This document shows positions 1 to 10,800 of a DNA stretch of 64,000 nt, in pieces; the stretch's first letter is position 1, and each line of letters opens with the position of its first letter. Source of the DNA: Azolla caroliniana (taxonomy: Eukaryota > Plantae > Polypodiophyta). Where the stretch lies: the NCBI GenBank assembly GCA_043228905.1, contig JBHGNT010000014.1:6758001-6822000 (forward strand), written 5' to 3'. A model generated the notes under the pieces. That model was not told the DNA's origin and did no database searches. It saw nothing but the letters and a program-made list of their open reading frames with translations. The translations under genes were made by a program, and so were the position numbers.

Positions 1-410
1 CTCTCTCTCTCTCTCTGTACAGTTACGTGCTCTGATTTCTTCTTGCACCAACAAGAAAGAATAACCACAAAAATGACAACTACTCAAAAAAAAACTAAAA
101 GTTTGCCCTAAGTCATATTTATACTAATATGACTTTTCGGCTATTTACAAATGTAGCCTCGATGGGCACCATCCGGCTCTCCTGAGTCGGGTACTCCTCG
201 TCCGGTTCATACCAGGCCTACACCATCCGACTCTCCGTTGTCGGGTACTCCTCATCCGGTTCATACCGGGCCTACACCATCCGACTCTCCGCAGTCGGGT
301 ACTCCTCATTCGATTCATACCGTTTCGGCCTCGGCCTGTAAACCTCGGCCGAGTTTGTTCGTCGGCACTGTTCTTCTCCCTTCCCATCCGGAGGGACCTG
401 TCTACCAACA
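1..410 (-). repeat. 3' LTR of Copia A1 (partial)
   Basis: Matches ~12126-12480; ends ...taccaaca next to the PPT aactccccct; carries three 54-bp repeats starting at 167, 221 and 275. Confidence 0.93.
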
Positions 411-420
411 AACTCCCCCT

Positions 421-515
421 TCACTCCGGCATGGGGTGTCTTTCCAGCCCGATCCTCTTCCGGCATGCGTCCAGCTTGTTGGGTGTCAGCACTTTGGTCA
501 GCATATCTGACCCGT
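421..515 (-). pseudogene. C-terminal tail of A1 RNase H, separated from the rest by the B1 insertion
   Basis: Matches the end of the A2 ORF (...DMLTKVL...RIGLERHPMPE*, 27182 onward); joins 7850 once B1 is removed. Confidence 0.9.
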
Positions 516-1315
516 TGTCGAGATATTACGCAAGTGCGTGTGGAATAGAGGCGGGACCGCGGGGGTCTCGAACCAAAGAGCAAGCGAGGGAGGAGAAAGA
601 GAGAGAACCGGCTACGCAGGACCGGGGATACACAGGGACACGGCCCTTCAGCACGGAGAACGCGAACAGACACCGACACAGACGGATGCGAATGACTAAA
701 TATGTGTATTAACAAAATGGCTAACACGACTACAACCCCCGATGGGGCACAGGTTGGTTGCAACCGAACAGGCCGGCGAACAGATGCCGATGCCTGTTCG
801 CTTCGACGCACAAACGGGGAAATGGGGGGGGGGTAGCAGGTCGGAGGTGCTGCCGGAAGCACTCGGGCGTTCCTCGAAACAGCGCGAGCCTCCCCGGAAC
901 CCTGCACAGAAAGCTTTGGAGCTCAAGAAGGAAGGAAACAGAGAGAGCGAAGCGTCCAGAAACTGTCCGACAGCACTTCGTCCTCTCCGCGCCAGATCCC
1001 TGCAACAGCTCTTTCCCGCTCCTTATATAGGCCGACGAACAGGCCGTCGTGTCAGCTTTATTCCCTGTCCCTTTTGGACAGGGATCCGCTCCGTTTTTCA
1101 CGGATCCGCGTAGTTACGCCGCCGACTCGTACAGTTCGCGCGCGCGACCGAAAAGACTGTTCGCGCGGTCTTTGTCTCCACTTGAGTTAGGGCCCGTTCC
1201 TGCCGATTATCCTCTCAATTCGTTTCTATGTACAACTCGGAGCGTGCGCGCGTGAAGAACCGGTTCCCACGCCTTGGTGCGCCGATTCCGCCTATGGACG
1301 GTTTTCTTCACGACA
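516..1315 (-). repeat. 3' LTR of B1
   Basis: tgtcg...cgaca termini; near-identical to 7046-7845. Confidence 0.97.
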
Positions 1316-1386
1316 TCCGCCCCCACCTAACCGCGCATCCTCCGGTATGCGCCAAGAGAGTTGGGACGGAGAAAACCGGCCCGTCT

Positions 1387-4300
1387 TCATTCCTCGCCCG
1401 TCGGTTCTTCTTCATTTTCGGATCGTTCGTCACTGCCGACCAGGAGAGCCGGGTCTGGCTCGTCGTCGTGTCGCTTCTTGAACGCTTTGATCCGCTTCCC
1501 TGCAACCGGTATCGCCATTCTCGTGCCGTCAAGTTCCGCCAGGTGATATGTCCCGTTGTCATTGGCGCTCCGTACCACGTAAGGCCCGAACCACCTTCGT
1601 GCGAACTTCCGTGTGGCTCGGTGCTGGTTGTCGAGGCTGCTGTCGTAGACGAGCACCCAGTCACCTTCTTCGATTTTCTTCGGTCGTAGCCGGTGCGTTC
1701 GGTCGAACCGGGCTTTGTTCTTTGTCCTCGCCACCCGGAGCTTCTCCGTAGCCAGTGCCACGTCCTCCGGCCTCCGCTCGAGCTGTCGTATACGTGCGAC
1801 CAACAACTCCTCCCGGCTCATCTCGTCCCTCCAGTCGACCGTTGCCCACGAGGAGATCGTCCGTTCAATCGGCATGATCGGCGTCTGGCCGAACATGAGC
1901 TCCGTCGGCATGTACCCGGTTACCGAACTGTGCGTGGTCCGGTCTGCCCACAAAGCATAAGGTAGCAGCCGCGGCCAGTCACCGGCTCGGCCTCCGCATG
2001 CCCGAACCAACGCCTTGACGATCGGTCCGTGTCCGCGCTCCACCTTTCCATTCGCCTCCGGATTGTACGCAGTGGTGAGCGAGAGCTGGACTCCCAGCCG
2101 GTCGAACAGCTCCGCGGCTTCTTCGGCGTCCAACTCCCCTCGGTCAGCCACGATCTTCCCGACGCACCCGTACCGGCATATCACGTCCTCGATTAGGAAC
2201 CGGCATACGGCCGCGGTCGTTTTGTTTGGAAGGGCCCGGCCTTCCACTTGGTTCGTCAGATCCTCCCGCGCTAGGACCAGGTACCGCATCTGTCCTACCC
2301 CCATTGGCATCGTCACCAGATCTACCATCCATTTGAAGTGGATGGTCGGAGGGTACGTGGGGTGAAGCTCGTCCCGATGTCGGACTATGGAGTGCATCTG
2401 ACAGCTCCCGCAAGTTGTCACGAACCGATGCACGTCCCGGTACTGCCCCGGCCACCAATACTTCCCCTTTAGTTTCTCAAACGTAGCCCATGTTCCACGG
2501 TGTCCAGCCCAAGGGCTGTCGTGGTAGGCCGTCAGCAGTTCCTCCTGTTCTTCCTTCATCGCCACCACTCGGAGCGGGACGCCGTCCCTCTTCTTCGGGT
2601 GCTTCCATAGATGCCCATCTCGGAGAAAGAATCGATATGCTTTCTTCCGGATCCGGTTGGCCTCGTCCTTCGTCCATGACGCATCGGGCGTCATCGTCTT
2701 CAAAAACCCGCCGATCTGCAGCCATTCCCCGTCGTACTTGCTCGCGTCGAACTCGTTAAGCGCCGGAGTGCTCATCCCGTCGGTCGTTATGTATGCCGCC
2801 TCGAAGAAATCCACGCCGACTTCTTCGTCTTCCGAAACCATGCCGCCCTCGTCGTCGAACCTCGCCCTCGAAAGCATGTCGGCCATGGCGTTGTCTTTCC
2901 CGGAAATGTGTCGTATTTCCGGGTCCAGGGACTTGATGTACGCTATCCACCTGAGCATCGCCAGGTCCGGAGTCGCGCATCCGGAAACCATACCGAGAAT
3001 CGGCAGGCAATCCGTCTCGATGATCACTTCCGTCCCTATCAGGTAGTCTTTGTCGGCCTTAACCGCCGAAACAATACCCCAGAGTTCGCGTTTAACCTGG
3101 GCGTATCCTCGCTGCCGTTCACTGAGGACTTTCGCGCCGAATCGGATCGGAAACCGATTGCCGTCCTCGTCTTCCTGGTTCACGACCCATCCGATCCCGG
3201 TCGGACTGGTATCCACCGTTATGAATACCGGGGTACCCTTCCCGTAAACCGCCTTCCGGAGTGCCGGTGCCGCTGCAAGGGCCTCTTTCAGCTTCCGGAC
3301 CGATTCCGCGTGCTTGTCTAGCCATTCGAACCTTCGCCCCTTTTTCAGCAACCCGTACAGTGGCTCCGCGACGTGTGCGTAATGCGGGATCCATATGTGG
3401 TAGAACGCGCATGCCCCCAGGAATCTCCGTACTTCCGTGACCGAGCTGCAGTCGGGCTTCATCGCGGAGATGGCTTCTACCTTCGCCGGAGACGGTTTCC
3501 GGCCATATGGTCCGCACAGGTGTCCGACCACCATGATTTCTGACTGCCCGAAGGCCGACTTCTCCCCGGAGAAGGTGAGTCTCGCATCCTCTAGCCTTTG
3601 CAGCACCTTCTCGCAGTCGTCGACGTGCGTCGCCACGAATCGCCGGCATCCGTCCGGCCCGATCGTCTCGTCCTTTTCTTCCACCGGGCATCCCTTGATC
3701 GGGATGTCGTCCAGAAACGGCATGGTAATGTCCGGGACACAGTCCCTCAGAACCTTGTTCATCGCATTCACCATGTGGGCCACCGAGTTGGTCCCTCCTT
3801 GCGGCAGTGTACACATCCGAACTAGGCCGAGGGGAGTTCGCATCGTCGTAAGGTCTCTGCTCTCCACGGCCAGCTGGAACTGGTCGTACCCTGAGTATAG
3901 ATCCCCGACCGAGTAAATTGACCTTCCGGCGAAGGCCTCCGCGAACTCGTCTATGGTCGGTCCGATTCCTGCGTTCCGAATGGTCACTCGATTGACCGGC
4001 TGCAGGTCCTGGATGAAGCGCAGCGAACCGTTTTTCTTCGGTACGGTAAACCATCGATTCGAATATGGGGCGCTCGACGGCTCGAGAATTCCCATATCAA
4101 CTTTCTGCCTCAGCAGCTCCATCAACTTCGGGATGTGAGCTCTCGGAACCGGGATTGGCTTGAGATTCCATGGTACATGCGGTACCGTGAATATCACCAT
4201 CGGCTCCACGATCGTCGGGTCAACGCACCCGATTTCCTCCGGCGAGAATGCGAAGGCTTTCCCGTGCCTTCCGAGCATTCTCCGAAACCGGTCTTCCTCC

Positions 4301-4884
4301 GCCGGCAGTAGGAACCCGCCCCCACCGATTTTGAGCTCTCGGAGCGTCTCGTCAGTGAAGGTGTGCCCTATGCAGGCCGGATCTCGTAGACTAGGGTCTG
4401 ATGCGACCCCTTTGATTCTCGACGCGCTGTCCTCCGGTAAGGGTGCCGCTATTGGCCTTACCTTCCGGTCCACAGTCTTGTACTTGGTGTTTACGTGGGC
4501 CGTCCGAACTGACTCGAGCCCTCGACCGAAGTCCGCGATGACTTCGTACATCTCCTCGGAACACACCGGTATCGTCCGGTCGTCGTTAAGGCCTTCTTCG
4601 ACTACCTTTCCCAGCATTCCCAAGGTGTCGTCGAATGAGACCGCCTCCACGGCTCCGTTGATTTCCTCGTCCGGGCCGAGAACTCCGCACGCTCGAAGTC
4701 TCGCCTCCGTCTTTGTTTTCTCTCGGCCGGCGATGCCGACCATCGCACACGCTCCGTTGTCGGAGAACAAAAATTCCCTACCTATGGTACAAGGTTTCTT
4801 CGGTTTTATCGTACAGGTGTGGGGTTTTCCCGGGGTGTCCGGACTGTCGCGGCCCCACGCCTTGGCAGCCCTCTCTAAAAATCC
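1387..4884 (-). CDS. pol: B1 pol (RT-RNase H-integrase), entered by a predicted -1 frameshift
   Basis: 1127-aa ORF whose frame is open back to the slippery site. RT LPQG...FLDD; RH VDTS; integrase HHCC (H..PWAGH...C..C) and DDE core; GPY motif; no chromodomain. Confidence 0.95.
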   Translation of the reverse strand, partial: GFLERAAKAWGRDSPDTPGKPHTCTIKPKKPCTIGREFLFSDNGACAMVGIAGREKTKTEARLRACGVLGPDEEINGAVEAVSFDDTLGMLGKVVEEGLNDDRTIPVCSEEMYEVIADFGRGLESVRTAHVNTKYKTVDRKVRPIAAPLPEDSASRIKGVASDPSLRDPACIGHTFTDETLRELKIGGGGFLLPAEEDRFRRMLGRHGKAFAFSPEEIGCVDPTIVEPMVIFTVPHVPWNLKPIPVPRAHIPKLMELLRQKVDMGILEPSSAPYSNRWFTVPKKNGSLRFIQDLQPVNRVTIRNAGIGPTIDEFAEAFAGRSIYSVGDLYSGYDQFQLAVESRDLTTMRTPLGLVRMCTLPQGGTNSVAHMVNAMNKVLRDCVPDITMPFLDDIPIKGCPVEEKDETIGPDGCRRFVATHVDDCEKVLQRLEDARLTFSGEKSAFGQSEIMVVGHLCGPYGRKPSPAKVEAISAMKPDCSSVTEVRRFLGACAFYHIWIPHYAHVAEPLYGLLKKGRRFEWLDKHAESVRKLKEALAAAPALRKAVYGKGTPVFITVDTSPTGIGWVVNQEDEDGNRFPIRFGAKVLSERQRGYAQVKRELWGIVSAVKADKDYLIGTEVIIETDCLPILGMVSGCATPDLAMLRWIAYIKSLDPEIRHISGKDNAMADMLSRARFDDEGGMVSEDEEVGVDFFEAAYITTDGMSTPALNEFDASKYDGEWLQIGGFLKTMTPDASWTKDEANRIRKKAYRFFLRDGHLWKHPKKRDGVPLRVVAMKEEQEELLTAYHDSPWAGHRGTWATFEKLKGKYWWPGQYRDVHRFVTTCGSCQMHSIVRHRDELHPTYPPTIHFKWMVDLVTMPMGVGQMRYLVLAREDLTNQVEGRALPNKTTAAVCRFLIEDVICRYGCVGKIVADRGELDAEEAAELFDRLGVQLSLTTAYNPEANGKVERGHGPIVKALVRACGGRAGDWPRLLPYALWADRTTHSSVTGYMPTELMFGQTPIMPIERTISSWATVDWRDEMSREELLVARIRQLERRPEDVALATEKLRVARTKNKARFDRTHRLRPKKIEEGDWVLVYDSSLDNQHRATRKFARRWFGPYVVRSANDNGTYHLAELDGTRMAIPVAGKRIKAFKKRHDDEPDPALLVGSDERSENEEEPTGEE
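4819..4884 (-). promoter_or_regulatory. Predicted -1 ribosomal frameshift cassette (G GAU UUU plus pseudoknot) in B1
   Basis: Heptamer 4878-4884 directly before the ORF1 stop; 6-nt spacer; stem 1 GGGCUG/CAGUCC; stem 2 GUGGGG/CCCCAC; conserved in B2. Confidence 0.75.
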
Positions 4885-7028
4885 TCTCGGTTATCGGAAC
4901 CGAGGGATTCGCGGTTACGCTCGTGGTTCGGCCTAACCGTCAAAAACTGGACCGAATGGCGGCCGTCCTGGCTCTTGACCCGCGCATAGGCCGAACCATT
5001 GTCCAGCACCTTGGTCTCCATTCGCGCCGCCGTGATGTACGGCTCTCCCAGTATGACCGGATGCGAAGACGTCTCCTGCACGAAGAAGCGCTGGTCAATC
5101 TCGACGTCGCCGATCTTGACTCGCACATTCGGACAGGCCCCGTGCAGTTCCTCGGTGGCGCGCGTTGCTGCCCTTATTTTCCACCCGTGCTTGGTGTTGA
5201 TCGGCCATTTGCCCTTCTTATAGAAGTCCATGGACATCAAATTGATCTCCGATCCGTGGTCCACCAAAGCTATCACCGGTTCCTGGACATCGCCGATCTT
5301 CACCGGGGTTTCCGTGGTCGCTCGGGCCCAGTGCGGTCTCGAATAGTGGCTTTCCGCCCACTCGTCTCCCAGCGCCATGTCGTCTAGGTGCGTCGTCCGC
5401 ACTTCCACCGGTCTTTTCGGTTCTGTCTCCGTTGACAGCCTCTTCCGTTTCACCAAGTCCACGATGGAGTCGTGGAACTCCTTCTTGGCGATTCCAAGCA
5501 CCTCCCGTAGCGACAGCTCCACCTTGCTGTCGAGGATCCGTTCCTCCAGGACCTTTCGTAAGTCCGTGGTTCTTTCTATCTCCGTCCCCAGACGGTACCC
5601 GCCCTTCTGGGGTTTATCTTGCGTACCGGCCCTGCCGGCTTCGTCCCGTCGTGGCCCGGACCGGGTCTCGTATCGTTGTGAGGGCCCGGTCGTCCCGGGT
5701 TTTCCCACCCGCTTCTCTTCTACCAGAGCCTCGTAGTTCCGGCAAGCGGCTTCCACGAAGCCCGTCCTTTCCTCGACCGGGTCGCTCCACCCGGTCATCT
5801 CCCGTACCCGTTTCTCCGCACGGTCCGATTCCTCCCTTTTAAGCCCTGCACCGGCAAGGCCTTCCAGCATCGTCGGCCAGAATCCGGCTTTGCTTTCCTT
5901 TCGGGCCTCGCCGCCCCCGACTCGAATGCCGGCCGACGCCGAGTAGTGGACGGTTTCCGCGTGTCGGGCCGCCGCCTCTTCCATCAACCTTTTCATACCA
6001 CCCTTTCCGTCGTTTCGGCTCAGGGCCCTTCGGGTGTCGCTGGCATGCACCCGTCCTTCCCACAGGTACACCACCCGGTCCCTCAGCGCCTCCGCGAAGT
6101 CGCCGCAGTCCTTCCGAACGTGGCCGACTTCATCGCACCACATGCACCTGTTTCCTGCCGCCGGCCGTCGGTCACGAGCCGGTTCGCCTCCTTCCCTTCG
6201 GGCCTGCGCGATTTGGAGGTCCTTTATCGCCTTCGTCAATTCCTCCAGCGCCGCTCCTCCGGTTGAGCCTCTGACTACGCCGGTCGAAGCCGAACCGGTT
6301 TCCAACCACTCCCGGGTCTCTTCCTTGCGCACCTGTGGCGCTGGTTCGAGCTTCCTTGCTGCGACCGAGCCCGACCCAGTCGCCCCGTTATCCGCCCATT
6401 CTCGCCGTTTGTCGAAACGGCCACAGACCTTCCTGACAGCCGCCCAGTCGGTAGTGAGCCCGTCTTCGGTTTCCAGCAAGAGGCCCACTTGCTCCCGATC
6501 CCGCTCGTCGACCGACTTGACAAACAGCAAGACCCGGCTCGTGTCCAGGATGGTTCGGTCGAGCGCCGAAAGGCGCGCAAAGTTTTCCTCGAACTCCCGG
6601 AGGAGTGCCGACGCGTTTCTTCCCTTCCCCGGGGACTCCACCCATTCCATGAACCTTCGCTTCGAAAGCCGGAGCGCGTCGTCCAGCCCGTATTTCTCTA
6701 GGAGCCGACCTTCGAACTCCTCCCAGGTACGGCTCTCCGCCCGCACCTCGAGCACCTCCGCATGGATGCTCGGCATTGCCACTCGGGGAAAACCGGCAAG
6801 ACGCCTTTCTTCCGGAATGTCCCGCATCAACATTTCTGCACCGTAGGACGCCAGATACTTCGTGGCATCCCTCCCATCGAACCGGCCGATCGTGCCGACG
6901 ACCGCCTCAATAGCTCTGTCGAGGGCACCGGTACCCTCGCGCGCGTTTACGATCCGATCCACGGCCGAAGCCATGGCCTCTGCGAGATCCGACCCCCTCA
7001 TCTTCTGCTCTTCTGCCGCCTCTTTCAC
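4875..7028 (-). CDS. gag: B1 Gag-protease polyprotein (first ATG at 7001)
   Basis: 717-aa ORF; CCHC knuckle CMWCDEVGHVRKDC; aspartic protease motif ALVDHGSEINLM and ILGEPY. Confidence 0.92.
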   Translation of the reverse strand: MKEAAEEQKMRGSDLAEAMASAVDRIVNAREGTGALDRAIEAVVGTIGRFDGRDATKYLASYGAEMLMRDIPEERRLAGFPRVAMPSIHAEVLEVRAESRTWEEFEGRLLEKYGLDDALRLSKRRFMEWVESPGKGRNASALLREFEENFARLSALDRTILDTSRVLLFVKSVDERDREQVGLLLETEDGLTTDWAAVRKVCGRFDKRREWADNGATGSGSVAARKLEPAPQVRKEETREWLETGSASTGVVRGSTGGAALEELTKAIKDLQIAQARREGGEPARDRRPAAGNRCMWCDEVGHVRKDCGDFAEALRDRVVYLWEGRVHASDTRRALSRNDGKGGMKRLMEEAAARHAETVHYSASAGIRVGGGEARKESKAGFWPTMLEGLAGAGLKREESDRAEKRVREMTGWSDPVEERTGFVEAACRNYEALVEEKRVGKPGTTGPSQRYETRSGPRRDEAGRAGTQDKPQKGGYRLGTEIERTTDLRKVLEERILDSKVELSLREVLGIAKKEFHDSIVDLVKRKRLSTETEPKRPVEVRTTHLDDMALGDEWAESHYSRPHWARATTETPVKIGDVQEPVIALVDHGSEINLMSMDFYKKGKWPINTKHGWKIRAATRATEELHGACPNVRVKIGDVEIDQRFFVQETSSHPVILGEPYITAARMETKVLDNGSAYARVKSQDGRHSVQFLTVRPNHERNRESLGSDNREDF

Positions 7029-7041
7029 GTCGGGTTCACCA
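7025..7041 (-). promoter_or_regulatory. Primer-binding site complementary to tRNA-Trp (B1)
   Basis: TGGTGAACCCGACGTGA, 4 nt after the LTR; matches the tRNA-Trp 3' end as recalled (...UCACGUCGGGUUCACCA); the same PBS is at 21140 and 22530. Confidence 0.85.
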
Positions 7042-7045
7042 AAGA

Positions 7046-7845
7046 TGTCGAGATATTACGCAAGTGCGTGTGGAATAGAGGCGGGACCGCGGGGGTCTCG
7101 AACCAAAGAGCAAGCGAGGGAGGAGAAAGAGAGAGAACCGGCTACGCAGGACCGGGGATACACAGGGACACGGCCCTTCAGCACGGAGAACGCGAACAGA
7201 CACCGACACAGACGGATGCGAATGACTAAATATGTGTATTAACAAAATGGCTAACACGACTACAACCCCCGATGGGGCACAGGTTGGTTGCAACCGAACA
7301 GGCCGGCGAACAGATGCCGATGCCTGTTCGCTTCGACGCACAAACGGGGAAATGGGGGGGGGGTAGCAGGTCGGAGGTGCTGCCGGAAGCACTCGGGCGT
7401 TCCTCGAAACAGCGCGAGCCTCCCCGGAACCCTGCACAGAAAGCTTTGGAGCTCAAGAAGGAAGGAAACAGAGAGAGCGAAGCGTCCAGAAACGGTCCGA
7501 CAGCACTTCGTCCTCTCCGCGCCAGATCCCTGCAACAGCTCTTTCCCGCTCCTTATATAGGCCGACGAACAGGCCGTCGTGTCAGCTTTATTCCCTGTCC
7601 CTTTTGGACAGGGATCCGCTCCGTTTTTCACGGATCCGCGTAGTTACGCCGCCGACTCGTACAGTTCGCGCGCGCGACCGAAAAGACTGTTCGCGCGGTC
7701 TTTGTCTCCACTTGAGTTAGGGCCCGTTCCTGCCGATTATCCTCTCAATTCGTTTCTATGTACAACTCGGAGCGTGCGCGCGTGAAGAACCGGTTCCCAC
7801 GCCTTGGTGCGCCGATTCCGCCTATGGACGGTTTTCTTCACGACA
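7046..7845 (-). repeat. 5' LTR of B1
   Basis: 800 bp, adjacent to the PBS; TATA-like tatataag (minus strand) near 7552-7559. Confidence 0.97.
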
Positions 7846-10800
7846 CCGTTCTCGGCCGTGTGGATCTTCGCCAATGCGAACTCCTGGTCATCTACCCTTT
7901 CCCGGATCCAGTGATACCTCCGCTGGATATGCTTCGTCCGGGAATGGTAGGCCGCATTCTTAGCAAGGTGGATGGCACTTTGACTATCGCAGTAGAGTCG
8001 GTATTCCTCTTGCCGGATACCGAGCTCCCCGATGAAGTCCTTCATCCATAATATTTCCTTGCCGGCTTCCACAGGCGCCATGTACTCCGCCTCTGTGGTT
8101 GACAATGCAACCGTCTTCTGCAGCCTCGACTGCCACGAGACAGCTCCCCCTGCATATGTCATCACATACCCGGATGTAGACCGGCTGGTATCCACATCAG
8201 TCGACATGTCCGAATCGGTGAAACCGTCCAGTTGAGGTTTTCCGGTGCCGAATCGGAGACATATTTGAAGTGCCCTTCAAATACCGGAGTATCCATTTGA
8301 CCGCGTTCCAATGCTCCTTGTCGGGATTACTCATGAACCGGCTCACCACTCCGACTGCGTATCCAATGTCCGGTCGGGTACAAACCATTGCGTACATCAA
8401 GCTCCCGACGGCAGAGGCATATGGAATCTTCATCATATCTGCCTTCTCTCCTTTTGTCTTCGGGCTTTGCTTGCCGGACAACTTGCAGTTTGACGGTAGT
8501 GTCGATCCGACCGGTTTTGCATCTGACATGTTGAACCGGTGAAGCACCTTTGTCACATACTTCTCCTGTGACAGCCATAGTTGCTTCACTGACCGGTCCC
8601 GAATGATGTGCATCCCCAACATCTGTCTTGCCGAACCCAGGTCTTTCATTGAGAAGGTCCGGTTGAGAGACTTCTTCAGCATCCGTATTTTGCCTTGGTC
8701 TCGTCCGACGATCAACATGTCATCCACGTACAGGAGGAGTATCAGGAAGTCCCCTCCTTCGAACTTCTTCACAAACACGCAGTGATCGGCCTGCGTCTTG
8801 TGGTACCCTTGATCGGTCATGAAGGAGTCGAACTTCCGATACCATTGCCGGGGAGCTTGCTTCAGTCCGTACAGGCTCTTCTTCAACCGGCATACCAGGT
8901 GCTCCTTCCCTTTCTCCACAAATCCTTCCAGTTGCTGCATGTAGATTTCCTCTTCGAGGTCGCCGTGGAGGAATGTCGTCTTCACGTCCAGCTGCTCTAC
9001 CTCGAGATCCATGCTTGCTGCTATACTCAGCACCGTCCGGATGGAGGTCATCTTTACTACCGGGGCGAATATTTCGTCGAAGTCCACGCCCTTCTTCTGC
9101 TGGAACCCCTTCACCACGATCCTGGCTTTGTATCTCGGGGGGTTGCCGGCATCTCCCGGTTTCAACTTGAACACCCACTTGTTTCGGAGTGCCCGCTTTT
9201 CTTTCGGCAGCTCCACCAATTCGTACGTATGGTTCTCATGCAGGGAATCCATCTCATCCTGCATGGCACTTAACCATTTTCGGCTATGGGTGTCTTCCTT
9301 CGCTTCTTCGAAGCTTTCCGGCTCCCCCTCATCGGTTAGCAAGACATGCTCTGCATCCGGAAATCTCCGGGGCGCCCTTCTCTCTCTGAGAGGATATCTA
9401 CGTCTTCGGGCTTCGGTAATCGGTTCCTCCATTTGCTCTTCATCCGAATCCGATTCGGGATCTTGACCGGTTCCTGTCTCAGCTTCCTCTACTTCTTCTT
9501 CTGCCGGTTCGGTATCCTCACCGTAACCGGCTGGTTCCTCGAGTGCTAACCGGTCTCTTGCCGGTTGGGTCTGCTCATTGTAGAGTCTATCCTTACCGGT
9601 CGACTCGGAGTTCACTATCTTCTTCTCCGACTCCCAGTCGGCGAGCGTCTTGTCCTCCATGAAGATAATATCTCGACTCCGGAATATCTTCTTGTCGACC
9701 GGGTCCCACACTCGGTAGCCGAACTCATCGTCACCGTAACCGAGGAATATGCATGGCCGGGTCTTTGGATCTAGCTTTCCTCTCCGGTCCTTTGCTACAT
9801 GCACGTACGCGAGACACCCGAACACCCTTAGATGCCGGTAGGACACTTCCTTACCGGTCCATACTCTCTGTGGCGTGTCTCCGTCCAGGGGTACTGAGGG
9901 TGATCTGTTTATCACATATGTCGCCGTCGACAGTGCCTCAGCCCAAAACTTCTTGGGTAGTTTTGCATGCGCTAGCATACTCCGGACCCTCTCCATTATG
10001 GTCCGGTTCATCCTCTCGGCTAGTCCGTTTAGCTCCGGCGTCTTCGGCACGGTAAATTCGAGCCGGATTCCCTTCGAGCGGCAGTACTCCTCGAACTGCC
10101 CCCGATACTCACCTCCGTTATCTGCTCGAACCGCCTTCAGCTTCCGGCCGGTTTCTCTTTCCACTCTCGCGTGGAGCTCTTTGAAGACGGATAACACCTG
10201 ATCCTTCGTCTTCAGCGGTGTGGCCCACAGCTTCCTGCTGTGGTCATCTATGAACGTCACGAAGTACTGCGCTCCGGCATGTGACTTCGTGTCTATTTGA
10301 CAAACATCCGTATGCACCAACTCCATGTGGTGCATTACATCTCATCGGTGGCCTTGGTCGGAAGGAGGTCCGGTTCTGCTTACCGGCCAGACAATCAGTG
10401 CACTTCTCTAAGTGCACATTCTTCACTGGAATGAGGTTGTCGTCTCCAAGCCTCTTCATCCCCTTCTCACTCATGTGACATAGCCTCTTGTGCCACAGCT
10501 CATCGGCAGTGTCGGAAGCCACGTTCACTTCTTCCGGACATAACCGGGCATTCATCAGGTACAGTGTGTTTACCTTCCGGGCCCGAGCCACAATCAGGCT
10601 CCCTTTGCTGAACTTCATGACACCGTTCCGGATGCTACCCGTGTAGCCTTCATCGTCTAGCCGACCGGCTGATATCAGGTTCAGACGAACTTCCGGAACG
10701 TGTCGGACATCTTTCAACAGCAACTTGCATCCGGTTGGTGTTGTCAGCCACACATCTCCTATGCCGACAATTCGGCATGTTCCTTCATTCCCCATCCGGA

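Larger units (their letters stand above)
516..7845 (-). mobile_element. Ty3/Gypsy B1, non-chromoviral (Phygy/Selgy/Ylt1-like); structurally intact and very young
   Basis: Two 800-bp LTRs (516-1315, 7046-7845) with one visible mismatch (964 vs 7494); 4-bp TSD ccgt (512-515, 7846-7849); PBS 7025-7041; PPT 1316-1330; uninterrupted gag-PR and RT-RH-IN ORFs. Confidence 0.97.

Noticed and set aside
4160-6846. Long antisense ORFs over B1 (258, 224 and 270 aa) and similar ones over B2 and A
   Set aside because: These are shadow frames of GC-rich coding sequence with no recognisable domains.
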